IMG/VR virus record: IMGVR_UViG_3300041809_000801 | Location: 1-64,000 of that record | Reading direction: 5' to 3' (one strand) | From: a virus | DNA: 64,000 nucleotides | Part shown: positions 8,135 to 16,191 of the stretch, in pieces | How positions within the stretch are numbered: position 1 is the stretch's first letter | Layout of the letters: each line of letters starts with the position of its first letter | The notes under the pieces: generated by a model | The model's database searches: none | What the model was told of the DNA's origin: nothing | What the model saw: the letters and a program-made list of their open reading frames with translations, nothing else | Program-made: the position numbers and the translations under genes

Positions 8135-10357
8135 TTAGACTGCTACCGCCTTCTTCTTCACAACCGGAGCCTTTACAGCGTCAGCCATGAATTCCGAAGC
8201 GATACGGTCGAGTTCGAAGGGCGTTCCAGCTTCCACCGAGAACACCACATCCGCTTCCTCTGCCTCATCGACCAACGTGCCACGTGCTTCCACATGGAGG
8301 TTGAGCAAATCGTAGAGGTTAGGCTTCTTGATGTTAGTGAACGCCTTGCCCAAAAGTTCAATGGTTCCACGAGTGGACGCCACGTTGTTTCCACCACGCC
8401 AGCTATAACGGTAGTTGTTCCCAGTGGTCATAGTCGCATCAACCCAAATGACCTTGCGGTCAACGAGGTCGATAATCATCGGGACAACAGAGGTTGCCTC
8501 AGTCGTCACATCAGCCCGGTCAACTACAGTACGCGGGTCATAGACCTCGCCAGACTGCGGCTTCTCGCGAAGCATAAATCCAGCGAAGCACTCCGGCACA
8601 TCGGCGAACTTCTGTCCGGTGAAGCTGTGAACAGTCTGAACGATGTAACGCACACCCGCCTTTAGGGCTTTCGCAATGTCCACGTCGATGAACTCACTCG
8701 CACCCTTCGGTGCCGAAGTGATGTCGCCGCTGTGAACTGCGAACTGCTCACGCAAGTTGTAGTATGTCACCGCGCCCTTGCTCACCCAGTTCTCGTCATA
8801 GGCACACGCCGAGAGGTCAAGGTCAACACGATTCGAGTGATACCCGTAGAAGTTTTCTTCAAGGTCGCTGTCGGCCTTGCCAGACTTGCCTTCCTTCCAC
8901 CAGATGAAGAAGCGGACGGTGCCCTTCTCATCGCCGAACGGCAGCTTGGAGCCACGCACTAAGGTGCGGAACGTCTTGCTGGCCGAACGCTGCGAGAACG
9001 GCAGGAGACAATCCTGCAACGCAGAGTCGATGTACACGTTGCCCAACTCAGGCAGGATAGAGAACCGCTCGACCAAAACTGCCTTGATACCTGTAGCAAT
9101 CTTGCGAGTGACCGCCTTGGACATATTCTCCAAGGTCTTCTCCAGAGACATGACCTTCGCCACGTTCCCCTTCGGGAACACAACGCGCATGTCAGTCTCA
9201 TCGCGGTGCTCGAAGTGAGCCAGTACCTGCAACAGCACCGGGGTCGAAACATCGTGAGCAACAGCCAAGAAAGCATCCACAACACGGCCCTGCTTCGCCG
9301 GGGTGCCAGCCTGACGCAGAACGTGATCGAGACGACGAGCGAACTCGCCGGGGCGCTGAGTCAACAACGTGGTTGCCTGAAGAGCGTTGCCACTACGAAC
9401 AGCAGCTTCAACATGGGTGCGGAAAGTTTCCACAGTCTCATTGTTGCGAAGCGTAGTGAAAGCCTTCAGCGTAGTCGGGAAACGCTTCGCGAATTCGCCG
9501 GGATGCAGACGCTCACCGAGACGAACCCAACGAGCCGGGAAGCGGAGCATATCCTCTTCCTTGCTTCCTGCGGCTTCCAACAAACCAAGCAAGAACTTAC
9601 GCTCCGAACGCTTGAAGCTGCGGAACTTGGAGTCATCCTTGAGCGACACATCGCCGTTGCTCATCGCGGTCGCCAGACGCAGAACGTCCGTGGCCGTCTT
9701 GAAGTACGGGGCAATGTCAATCGCCGTGCCCTGAAGCAAGGCCCCAACATACGCGAGATTTTCCTTATTTGGAATCGCGGGAAAGATGTCGAGCAACTTT
9801 CCATACCCGTTCTTAATCAGGGTGGACAACTCTTCCTTGTCCGACGCTGACAGAGACGTATTGGACGTAGCCAGACGAGTGGTCAATGTGTCGATGTCTT
9901 CCGTGGTAGCAAGGTCAACAACACGCAACTCCACCTTTTCATCTAGCGGCTCACGCTTGTCCTTGACATACTTCGGCAACCAGATGTTGTCCGGGTTGCC
10001 CGTGATGTCTACGACCAAAAAAGAGAAGTAGTGGCAGATGGCGTTGATGTACAATTCCGCGTCCGAAGCCTCGATAACCTGCTTCGGGAAGTTCGGGTAC
10101 ATCGGGCGGTAGTTCTTCACGCCCTTAGCTTCCTTGAGTGCGGTAAGAATTTCATCGAAGAGAAGCACAGCGGACGCTTCGCCCAAACGCAGGAAGCCCT
10201 TGATGGCGTCGGGGGACAGAGTATAGCCAAGTGCTTGAATGTTCAGATTGAACGTGGCAACAAGCGCCGGGTATGGCGTGGGGGCAGACACACGCTTCCC
10301 TGAAACTGGAAGCAAAATCTTGTTGAGGCGGCGAAGAACAATCGACTGTACATTCAT
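8135..10357 (-). CDS. ROT/TROVE-like repeat protein with C-terminal TerD domain
   Basis: 740 aa; helical part with TATDVLRLA, RLGERLHPGE, RPGEFARRLD; TerD-like C-terminus RVDLDLSA...HSGDITSAP.GASEFIDVD; strong SD AAGGAG. Confidence 0.75.
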   Translation of the reverse strand: MNVQSIVLRRLNKILLPVSGKRVSAPTPYPALVATFNLNIQALGYTLSPDAIKGFLRLGEASAVLLFDEILTALKEAKGVKNYRPMYPNFPKQVIEASDAELYINAICHYFSFLVVDITGNPDNIWLPKYVKDKREPLDEKVELRVVDLATTEDIDTLTTRLATSNTSLSASDKEELSTLIKNGYGKLLDIFPAIPNKENLAYVGALLQGTAIDIAPYFKTATDVLRLATAMSNGDVSLKDDSKFRSFKRSERKFLLGLLEAAGSKEEDMLRFPARWVRLGERLHPGEFAKRFPTTLKAFTTLRNNETVETFRTHVEAAVRSGNALQATTLLTQRPGEFARRLDHVLRQAGTPAKQGRVVDAFLAVAHDVSTPVLLQVLAHFEHRDETDMRVVFPKGNVAKVMSLEKTLENMSKAVTRKIATGIKAVLVERFSILPELGNVYIDSALQDCLLPFSQRSASKTFRTLVRGSKLPFGDEKGTVRFFIWWKEGKSGKADSDLEENFYGYHSNRVDLDLSACAYDENWVSKGAVTYYNLREQFAVHSGDITSAPKGASEFIDVDIAKALKAGVRYIVQTVHSFTGQKFADVPECFAGFMLREKPQSGEVYDPRTVVDRADVTTEATSVVPMIIDLVDRKVIWVDATMTTGNNYRYSWRGGNNVASTRGTIELLGKAFTNIKKPNLYDLLNLHVEARGTLVDEAEEADVVFSVEAGTPFELDRIASEFMADAVKAPVVKKKAVAV

Positions 10358-10379
10358 GGCGTTACTCCTTTCAAGAGTA

Positions 10380-10462
10380 AGGTTGGAGAGTAGGAGACCT
10401 AATTCGTAGCGATGCCCTTTCGGGCGTCAATGAGTAGAAGGAAGGGCTCCAATAGCCAACCT
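10380..10462 (-). ncRNA. Y-RNA-like stem-loop, copy D
   Basis: AGGTTGG/CCAACCT closing stem, conserved core, internal GCCC-GAAA-GGGC hairpin. Confidence 0.75.
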
Positions 10463-10466
10463 AGAA

Positions 10467-10594
10467 GACTGGAAAGCATCAAACCTTTTTGAGACCGCTG
10501 TCCTACCATTGGACGACAACCCCGAAGGGAGGCCGGATTCGAACCGGATTCGCGGTTTTGGTCATTTGAGAAGGAAGGGTTGAAATAGCCAGCC
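10467..10594 (-). ncRNA. Y-RNA-like RNA with circularly permuted tRNA domain (YrlA-type architecture), copy C
   Basis: Conserved core enclosing T arm CCGG-TTCGAAT-CCGG, UUCG-capped acceptor-like stem, then D arm GTCC-AATGGTA-GGAC. Confidence 0.8.
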
Positions 10595-10603
10595 TGTGTT
10601 ATA

Positions 10604-10684
10604 GAGCCGGAGAGTAGGAGACCTAACACCATCGAACCCGCCGAGGCGGGAATTGTTAGAAGGAAGGGCTCCAATAGCCGGTTC
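10604..10684 (-). ncRNA. Y-RNA-like stem-loop, copy B
   Basis: GAACCGG/CCGGCTC closing stem, conserved core, internal CCCGCC/GGCGGG hairpin. Confidence 0.75.
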
Positions 10685-10703
10685 AACTTGTGTTGCAAAA
10701 CTC

Positions 10704-10774
10704 GTGAGTCGGAGAGCAGCAGACCTAGCTCTGTCCATTAGATGTAGAAGGAAGGGCTGCAATAGCCGACTCAC
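10704..10774 (-). ncRNA. Y-RNA-like stem-loop, copy A
   Basis: GTGAGTCGG/CCGACTCAC closing stem; GCAG/CTGC compensatory change in core; 5' end about 6 nt from an extended -10 TGG-TACTAT (10780-10788). Confidence 0.75.
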
Positions 10775-10820
10775 TGTGTATAGTACCACAAACTCTGTGG
10801 AAAAATCTGAAAACTGCAAA

Positions 10821-10985
10821 TTATTTTCGCAGTCTCAACATCCAGATTACCAGACCGGCGACGAGCATCCAGAATCCAACAGTGCTCAACTCTTTGTTAG
10901 CAGTCATCTCCGATAGAACTAGGACAACAAATCCACCGCCAGCCATGTAGATGACATCTTGCCACCGCTTCAAAAAAGCAACCAT
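10821..10985 (-). CDS. Small membrane protein (54 aa, not in ORF track)
   Basis: MVAFLKRWQDVIYMAGGGFVVLVLSE...LVIWMLRLRK; SD AAGGAG; two hydrophobic stretches. Confidence 0.6.
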   Translation of the reverse strand: MVAFLKRWQDVIYMAGGGFVVLVLSEMTANKELSTVGFWMLVAGLVIWMLRLRK

Positions 10986-11058
10986 GAGAACTCCTTGCAG
11001 GGTGCCGGGGCGTCTTCGCCTCGCTGTCTTTGCAGACCGGGACCTGTCTCCGCACCGC

Positions 11059-11132
11059 TGGCTCCGTCGCAGGGATTCGAACCCCGATAAACAGATTCAA
11101 AGTCTGCTGTCCTACCGTTGAACGACGACGGA
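11059..11132 (-). tRNA. tRNA-Gln(UUG)
   Basis: Cloverleaf, loop CT-TTG-AA, U1-A72, G73, encoded CCA. Confidence 0.92.
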
Positions 11133-11133
11133 A

Positions 11134-11355
11134 TTAAATATTCCCAGCCATGAGTTGGTCTTCAGCGTCAGCCAGCTTCCTTACTTCTCGACACAGAAAC
11201 GACACATACTCGCGACAACTTTCAAATGACAGCGACTTTGCGATTTCTGCTCTTCCTGCCGAGGTCTTCAATGCCTGACCCACAGCCTCAAGACCGAGAC
11301 GATGAAACCGCTCCTGCCCCAACTCATTCAGCAATTCAGAAAGTTCCGACATCAA
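11134..11355 (-). CDS. Hypothetical protein
   Basis: 73 aa; coupled to the upstream small ORF. Confidence 0.5.
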   Translation of the reverse strand: MMSELSELLNELGQERFHRLGLEAVGQALKTSAGRAEIAKSLSFESCREYVSFLCREVRKLADAEDQLMAGNI

Positions 11356-11531
11356 CCCTCTACGATGGCGACCGACGCCTTCTTCCGGGCCTTCCCAATT
11401 TCAACCGTCACAGCCTTGCCCGTGTTCTCAGCCTCAAGGATAGCGTTGTACAATTTTGAACCGAAGGATAGGTCACCGTTCAATTCCAATATTGCACTTC
11501 TCGGTATCTCGACTTGAATTGTCTTCGCCAT
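11352..11531 (-). CDS. Hypothetical protein (59 aa, not in ORF track)
   Basis: MAKTIQVEIPRSAILELNGDLSFGSKLY...; fills the gap between tRNA genes. Confidence 0.5.
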   Translation of the reverse strand: MAKTIQVEIPRSAILELNGDLSFGSKLYNAILEAENTGKAVTVEIGKARKKASVAIVEG

Positions 11532-11551
11532 CTAATCTAATACTCCAAACT

Positions 11552-11640
11552 TGGCTAGGGAGGCCGGATTCGAACCGACAAGGAGCAATTACGCTCAACA
11601 GCTTCAAAGACTGCGGGGCCTACCAATGCCCGACTCCCCA
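11552..11640 (-). tRNA. tRNA-Gln(UUG) with long variable arm
   Basis: 89 nt; TGGGGAG/CTCCCTA-G-CCA, loop CT-TTG-AA, variable stem GAGCG-TAAT-TGCTC. Confidence 0.85.
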
Positions 11641-12148
11641 ATAAAAACTAAAACCTCTCTACAATGTACGGCATCAAATCAACCGACACTTCTGAACTTG
11701 TGTTCCAGTTATCCCCGTCGCGGTTATCATAGTAATAGACTGTCCCGCACAGGGGGCACCAACCACCTTCGAGTGAATGCCTTCCAACTTTCCCCTTACT
11801 ACGTACATGCTGTAGTTTTTCACGAAACGGCAAGTCGTTAAAGTTGCTTGGCCAGTTGAACAAACTTGCAAAACGATCCGGCCACAGCCGATGCTTTTGT
11901 CTTTGCCACCACCAGCGCAACTCATCTCTCATTTCCACACCCCGACCAACCAAACAACCGCAGTGAGGAGCAACCAAACAATATCTGCAACAGCGAAAAC
12001 TAAACAGTACGCCATAGCCGCATACCCCTCAGTACCAGTTCCACGGCCAGCAGCAAGTTCAGCCTTCTCGACGCGGGTAGTGTGAAGCACCCACAAAGCC
12101 TGTACAACCAAAGCAATCAACAGAGTAAGAAACATGAAACCCATGACA

Positions 12149-12745
12149 TCACTCCCAGTACGGTCCGATGTTTCGCCCGTACACTTCACTCAGTTTGGCA
12201 AAGTACGCTTTGGTCTTTATCTTACACATCCAATCGTCGCCCTTGCAGACAACCCCCTCCCACACTGGGTAGCGTCCTTCACGAATATCCTCGATGAACT
12301 GCTTGTTTAGATTACCCTCATACACTACTTCAGCAGAGTATGGTAGGTCTCCAAACACTTTAACGAACTGCCGGGGCTTCATCAACCCCCGCTTGAACAG
12401 GTACACATCAAAGAGACGAAGTTCTTTTGGCTCTCCTGCTATGTGCGACCCGGTGAAACTGCTCGGCCCGAAAAACTCAGTGAACGCCGTGATTCGCTGC
12501 GGCTGTCGCTCTACACTTTTCACGCGGCGGACAATTTCGTCGCCCATCTTCATGAAGAGTGGAATCGCCTCTCCGAAAATCTCGTCCGACTGGTCAAACA
12601 ACTGGGTACGAGTGCCGAACTTGAACCAGCCCTTCTTCGGGTTCCATTCCCATCGAAGGTTCGAACCGTCGTACTTATAGAAGGCGATGCACGGCTGACC
12701 AAACGGTGCCTTGGAGCTATTCTCGATGCTTGGGTACTGTTCCAT
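12149..12745 (-). CDS. Minimal ATP-dependent RNA ligase-like nucleotidyltransferase
   Basis: Motif I KYDGSN, III EFFG, IIIa FDV, IV EGVV, V KIK; about 198 aa. Confidence 0.75.
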   Translation of the reverse strand: MEQYPSIENSSKAPFGQPCIAFYKYDGSNLRWEWNPKKGWFKFGTRTQLFDQSDEIFGEAIPLFMKMGDEIVRRVKSVERQPQRITAFTEFFGPSSFTGSHIAGEPKELRLFDVYLFKRGLMKPRQFVKVFGDLPYSAEVVYEGNLNKQFIEDIREGRYPVWEGVVCKGDDWMCKIKTKAYFAKLSEVYGRNIGPYWE

Positions 12746-12796
12746 ACATCCCTTCAATCATTTTTGACTACCACTTCCCTAATCAGGGAGTGGTTT

Positions 12797-13189
12797 ATGA
12801 ATTGCCTTCAATGCGACCGAGAAACGAGCAACCCAAAATTCTGTTCCAACAAGTGCCAAGTGGCCCTTCGAAAATCTAAAATCGTTGAGCGTTGGCTCAC
12901 CACTGGTGAGGCTCGGCTCGAAACCCATGCAGGGCATTGCTATCGCGAACACATCATGCAAGAGCAAAACAACCGTTGTGCTATCTGCCAAATGCCCAAC
13001 GTCTGGAATGGCAAGCCACTAACCTTCAACCTCGACCACATCGACGGCAACTCTACCAACAACCAGAGAGAAAACATTCGATGCATCTGCCCCAACTGTG
13101 ACAGCCAGCTTCCAACCTCCAAAGGTCGCAACCGGGGGAACGGCAGACACTGGAGACGGACTCGCTATGCTGAAGGCAAATCCTGTTAA
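12797..13189 (+). CDS. HNH homing endonuclease
   Basis: CAICQ...LDHIDGN..NN..ENIRCICPNC; ATG 12797 with SD. Confidence 0.88.
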   Translation: MNCLQCDRETSNPKFCSNKCQVALRKSKIVERWLTTGEARLETHAGHCYREHIMQEQNNRCAICQMPNVWNGKPLTFNLDHIDGNSTNNQRENIRCICPNCDSQLPTSKGRNRGNGRHWRRTRYAEGKSC

Positions 13190-13191
13190 AT

Positions 13192-13267
13192 TGGAGCCGA
13201 CGACGGGAATCGGACCCGTGACCTCTTCATTACCAATGAAGTGCTCTACCAACTGAGCTACGTCGGC
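13192..13267 (-). tRNA. tRNA-Thr(GGU)
   Basis: Cloverleaf, loop TT-GGT-AA, T-loop variant TCCGATT, CCA. Confidence 0.92.
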
Positions 13268-13272
13268 TTTTT

Positions 13273-13473
13273 TTACAAAATACGAAAAGAACAAGAGGAA
13301 ACTTCATCATAGCCATCATCGTAATTCGTTTTGAAAACGTTCCAAACGCATCCATCAGAAGACTTAGCCTTGAAACCCGGAGCTATAACTGTTTGAGGAA
13401 GGGACAACATACCAGTAGGATGCTGACTCTTCAAAATGGAAACCACTATGGCTTTGTAATCCTCTGCTTTCAT
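13273..13473 (-). CDS. Hypothetical protein
   Basis: 66 aa, SD AAGGA. Confidence 0.5.
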   Translation of the reverse strand: MKAEDYKAIVVSILKSQHPTGMLSLPQTVIAPGFKAKSSDGCVWNVFKTNYDDGYDEVSSCSFRIL

Positions 13474-13486
13474 TTTTCCTTTCGAG

Positions 13487-13963
13487 CTACGGTAGCTTAA
13501 GGTGGGACTTAATTACGTGGATACAAAAGTCCGCACCCATCCAATCCCACTTGTCATTCGTCTCGTCGTTGTCCTGAAGGTCGCGAAAAATCTGCTCCAA
13601 CTTCTTAACAGCGTCTTCGACTGTCATGTGCTCCTCAACTGGAGGCACCCTGCAATACTGTCCGCCATGCGGAAAAGCGCAAGGCTGAGTTGCTGCCAAA
13701 TCTTCGGCGGTTGCCTGAGCCGCCCACTCATCAAACTCGCAAGCCAAACAAACCTTGCGACGGTCGGCCATTTGCTGCGCCCATGTTACGTAGTTCATTG
13801 AGAGGCACTCCCAACCAACATAGCTGGAATCCTCCCCGAAATCTTTTTCCTTCCTCGCACACTCAGTGCAGAAGGGGTGAGTACCGGCGAACTGCGTGTG
13901 ACGAATCCACGTGGCTTGCTTGCCACAACCGTTAATGCACGTTTCAACAGCAACAGTTGCCAT
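13487..13963 (-). CDS. Hypothetical Zn-finger-like protein
   Basis: 158 aa, CxxxC/CxxC pairs, SD AAGGTG. Confidence 0.55.
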   Translation of the reverse strand: MATVAVETCINGCGKQATWIRHTQFAGTHPFCTECARKEKDFGEDSSYVGWECLSMNYVTWAQQMADRRKVCLACEFDEWAAQATAEDLAATQPCAFPHGGQYCRVPPVEEHMTVEDAVKKLEQIFRDLQDNDETNDKWDWMGADFCIHVIKSHLKLP

Positions 13964-13981
13964 GAAATCACCTTCAAACTT

Positions 13982-14055
13982 TGGAGCCGATAACAGGAAT
14001 CAAACCTGTGTCTACTGCGTACCAAGCAGTTGCACTGCCACTATGCTATACCGGC
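13982..14055 (-). tRNA. tRNA-Thr(GGU), second divergent copy
   Basis: Loop TT-GGT-AC, T-loop TTTGATT, CCA. Confidence 0.85.
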
Positions 14056-14259
14056 TTACTTACAACACAATCCATTTGTATGTGCTCGAATCACTTCTTC
14101 GACCGTGCCCTGTTTCACAACCCCGTCATCAGTCCACGTCATCGCACCATCGTTCACAGTTGCAAAATGCTCCGGTCCGTGATCTTCATGCCCATCACAT
14201 TGAGTGCCCTGATACTCCGACTGGCAAAGTGCCATCCCAAACTCATCTTCTCTTTTCAC
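14056..14259 (-). CDS. Hypothetical protein
   Basis: 67 aa with SD GAGGAG upstream. Confidence 0.45.
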   Translation of the reverse strand: MKREDEFGMALCQSEYQGTQCDGHEDHGPEHFATVNDGAMTWTDDGVVKQGTVEEVIRAHTNGLCCK

Positions 14260-14402
14260 AAATGCTCCTCACACCACCAGCGGAAACGGTCGATGGGATA
14301 CGTCACTGGTTCCCACGCCGACTTAGGTAGAACATACCATAATGACTGGGCAAACCGATAGGGTACTCACCATCGCGTTCAATGTCATCTAATACCCAAC
14401 CT

Positions 14403-14478
14403 TGGAGCCGAGTAGGAGAATTGAACTCCTGACCTTCTCGTTACAAGTGAGACGCTCTACCAACTGAGCTAACCCGGC
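14403..14478 (-). tRNA. tRNA-Thr(UGU)
   Basis: Cloverleaf, loop CT-TGT-AA, CCA. Confidence 0.92.
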
Positions 14479-14484
14479 CAATCT

Positions 14485-14567
14485 TGGAGCCACGGGAGGG
14501 ACTCGAACCCCCGATGTTTGTATGACGGTTTACGATACCGTTGCAGTCGCCGCTGAGCCACCGTGGC
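14485..14567 (-). tRNA. tRNA-Thr(CGU), atypical (long variable loop, weak D stem)
   Basis: 83 nt; loop AT-CGT-AA; variable region CATACAAACATC; GCC/GGC-U-CCA acceptor. Confidence 0.8.
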
Positions 14568-14580
14568 AAAATCAAATTGT

Positions 14581-14663
14581 TGGAGCCGGTGAAGGGAATC
14601 GAACCCCCGGTGTTTGTATGGCAGTTTACAAAACTGCTGCTGTCGCCACTGAGCCACACCGGC
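14581..14663 (-). tRNA. tRNA-Thr(UGU), atypical (long variable loop, weak D stem)
   Basis: 83 nt; loop TT-TGT-AA; variable region CATACAAACACC. Confidence 0.8.
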
Positions 14664-14855
14664 TTAATGCTTCTTGTTCTTTCTCGGTCCCTTTCGAGAC
14701 CAAGACATGTCCGCGTTCTTACCCGCTACATACTCGCGACATGCGGCGTACTTCTTACACAGTTCACGAATATAAGAGCAGTCATCTTTGTGCAGCCGGA
14801 GATTCCCTCCGGCTTTCTCACCACACGCGAAACATGGACGTTCTTCCAACATACT

Positions 14856-14932
14856 TGGTGGGCGAAGGTGGGCTCGAACCACCGACCTCAGTCTTATCAG
14901 GACTGCGCTCTAACCAACTGAGCTATTCGCCC
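14856..14932 (-). tRNA. tRNA-Ile(GAU)
   Basis: Canonical cloverleaf, loop CT-GAT-AA, A73, CCA. Confidence 0.95.
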
Positions 14933-14933
14933 A

Positions 14934-15329
14934 TTACAACTCGAAATCTTTTGCCAAAGTCACTCTCTTGCTCTGATGGTTCTTTGAAGCTTCGAATCGC
15001 AAACTTATCGACCGTCGTTTTCCAAACACCACCATTGGCACGAGGTAGCATTTATCCAACTCAGTACAATAAGCAGCTATGTGGTCTACCTGCCCATGAT
15101 ACCAATTTGTGCCTTTAGTAGAGACACTTTTTGCATCAACCACTACAGCACCGCTAATGATACGCCCGGTCTTTACTTGGACTCTTTCAAAAGTCCCCTC
15201 GTTATCAATGACCAAATCGTATCGCTCATTATCTCCCCATGGGGTTAAAACCACATACCCCCGCTTCAACAGAGCAGCCAATACAGCCGCTTCACTCACA
15301 TTACCTACACGCTTTGTATCTTGAGGCAT
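14934..15329 (-). CDS. PD-(D/E)XK homing endonuclease (I-Ssp6803I-like)
   Basis: TKRVGNVSEAAVLAALLKRGY.V..PWGDNERYDLV...RVQVKTGR; ATG 15329. Confidence 0.85.
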   Translation of the reverse strand: MPQDTKRVGNVSEAAVLAALLKRGYVVLTPWGDNERYDLVIDNEGTFERVQVKTGRIISGAVVVDAKSVSTKGTNWYHGQVDHIAAYCTELDKCYLVPMVVFGKRRSISLRFEASKNHQSKRVTLAKDFEL

Positions 15330-15349
15330 GTGGTCTAATACCCTAAACT

Positions 15350-15423
15350 TGGTGCGCCTTATAGGAGTCGAACCCATGTCTTCCGCTAATCGGGCGGAGG
15401 CTCTACCGTTAAGCAAAAGGCGC
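15350..15423 (-). tRNA. Atypical tRNA with GAU anticodon (C33, U37)
   Basis: Intact stems and CCA; anticodon loop CC-GAT-TA. Confidence 0.7.
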
Positions 15424-15658
15424 AAAAACTTTTCGACACTTGCACTCGGCGACGTTATCTCCGCCGAACCCGAAACAATCGGGGTTAGTTGCTATCAAAC
15501 TCTCGGCTTCCACTGGAGGAGGCGTCTCTTTCAACTTCTCCTGCAAATCTTCAAGCGCCGAGATTGCTTTCTTGTACGTGGATATTAAAGCACCCGCGTA
15601 CCCAAATCCGTCTCCGCGTACTGCATTTTTCTCAGCCCGGAGTTGACTGATAACTGCA

Positions 15659-16045
15659 TCAATGTCCATCGCTGTCCAACGCCTTCCGGGCTGCGGTGTC
15701 AAACTTCTCCGCATTCCAAAACCCTGCAAAAGAACCGCTGGAAGTGATGAGCAATTCACCTTTCGAAACTTTCAAACTGATGCCGAGGCTATCAACTCTT
15801 TGCTCCTCCCAATCTCGCGTCGAAGGCACATGTCCACAATCTTTCATGATGTGAACGATTGCTGCCTTGCGACCGAGAACCCCAAACAATTTTTCTGCCT
15901 CATCAACCCCACGTGAGTGGTGTCGCCAAAATCTGTGCAACGGACCAAACCGTTTGAATCCCGCATCCAACCAATGATTCACTTCTTCGCATCGGTCGCC
16001 GAGGATGCGTTCACAATCTCGACAATGCTCATCGAATGACGCCAA
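15659..16045 (-). CDS. His-rich hypothetical protein (DUF6915-like)
   Basis: HWLD...HRFWRHHSRG..EAEKLFG...HIMKDCGHVPS..DW; TTG 16045 after GGGGGAG. Confidence 0.55.
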   Translation of the reverse strand: MASFDEHCRDCERILGDRCEEVNHWLDAGFKRFGPLHRFWRHHSRGVDEAEKLFGVLGRKAAIVHIMKDCGHVPSTRDWEEQRVDSLGISLKVSKGELLITSSGSFAGFWNAEKFDTAARKALDSDGH

Positions 16046-16054
16046 AACTCCCCC

Positions 16055-16086
16055 TAAAAACACTAAAGCCGCCTGTTCAGGCGGCT
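16055..16086 (-). terminator. Attenuator terminator hairpin
   Basis: AGCCGCCT-GAAC-AGGCGGCT followed by TTAGTGTTTTT. Confidence 0.8.
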
Positions 16087-16110
16087 CATCGCATCTCAGA
16101 TTGAATCTTT

Positions 16111-16191
16111 TCAGATTCGTACGAAAACACGAGGCCGCAGAACGCTGGTTTGCGTTGTAGTGGTAATTCGTGTTTGGTTTGTGAGACGCAT
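16111..16191 (-). CDS. Thr-rich leader peptide MRLTNQTRITTTTQTSVLRPRVFVRI
   Basis: SD AAGGA 7 nt upstream; 7 Thr codons including tandem ACC ACT ACA ACG; followed by antiterminator/terminator. Confidence 0.8.
   Translation of the reverse strand: MRLTNQTRITTTTQTSVLRPRVFVRI

Noticed and set aside
10380-10774. CRISPR array
   Set aside because: Two alternating motifs pair with each other and covary; intervening lengths vary from about 19 to 80 nt; no cas genes
10399-10916. ORFs of 85-99 aa over the Y-like repeats, and ORFs over tRNA genes
   Set aside because: Shadow ORFs of structured RNA with no SD or recognisable motif
10990-11058. Riboswitch upstream of the 54-aa membrane gene
   Set aside because: GC-rich with short stems but no aptamer consensus I can support
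12443-12796. N-terminal extension of the HNH ORF
   Set aside because: Antisense to the RNA ligase gene; ATG 12797 has the SD
14485-14663. tRNA-Tyr(GUA), because GTAAA and a long variable region are present
   Set aside because: Centred 7-nt loops give CGT and TGT, and acceptor stems match the other tRNA-Thr genes
14934-15329. Group I intron around the PD-(D/E)XK gene
   Set aside because: Both flanking tRNAs are complete and only 1-20 nt remain on either side
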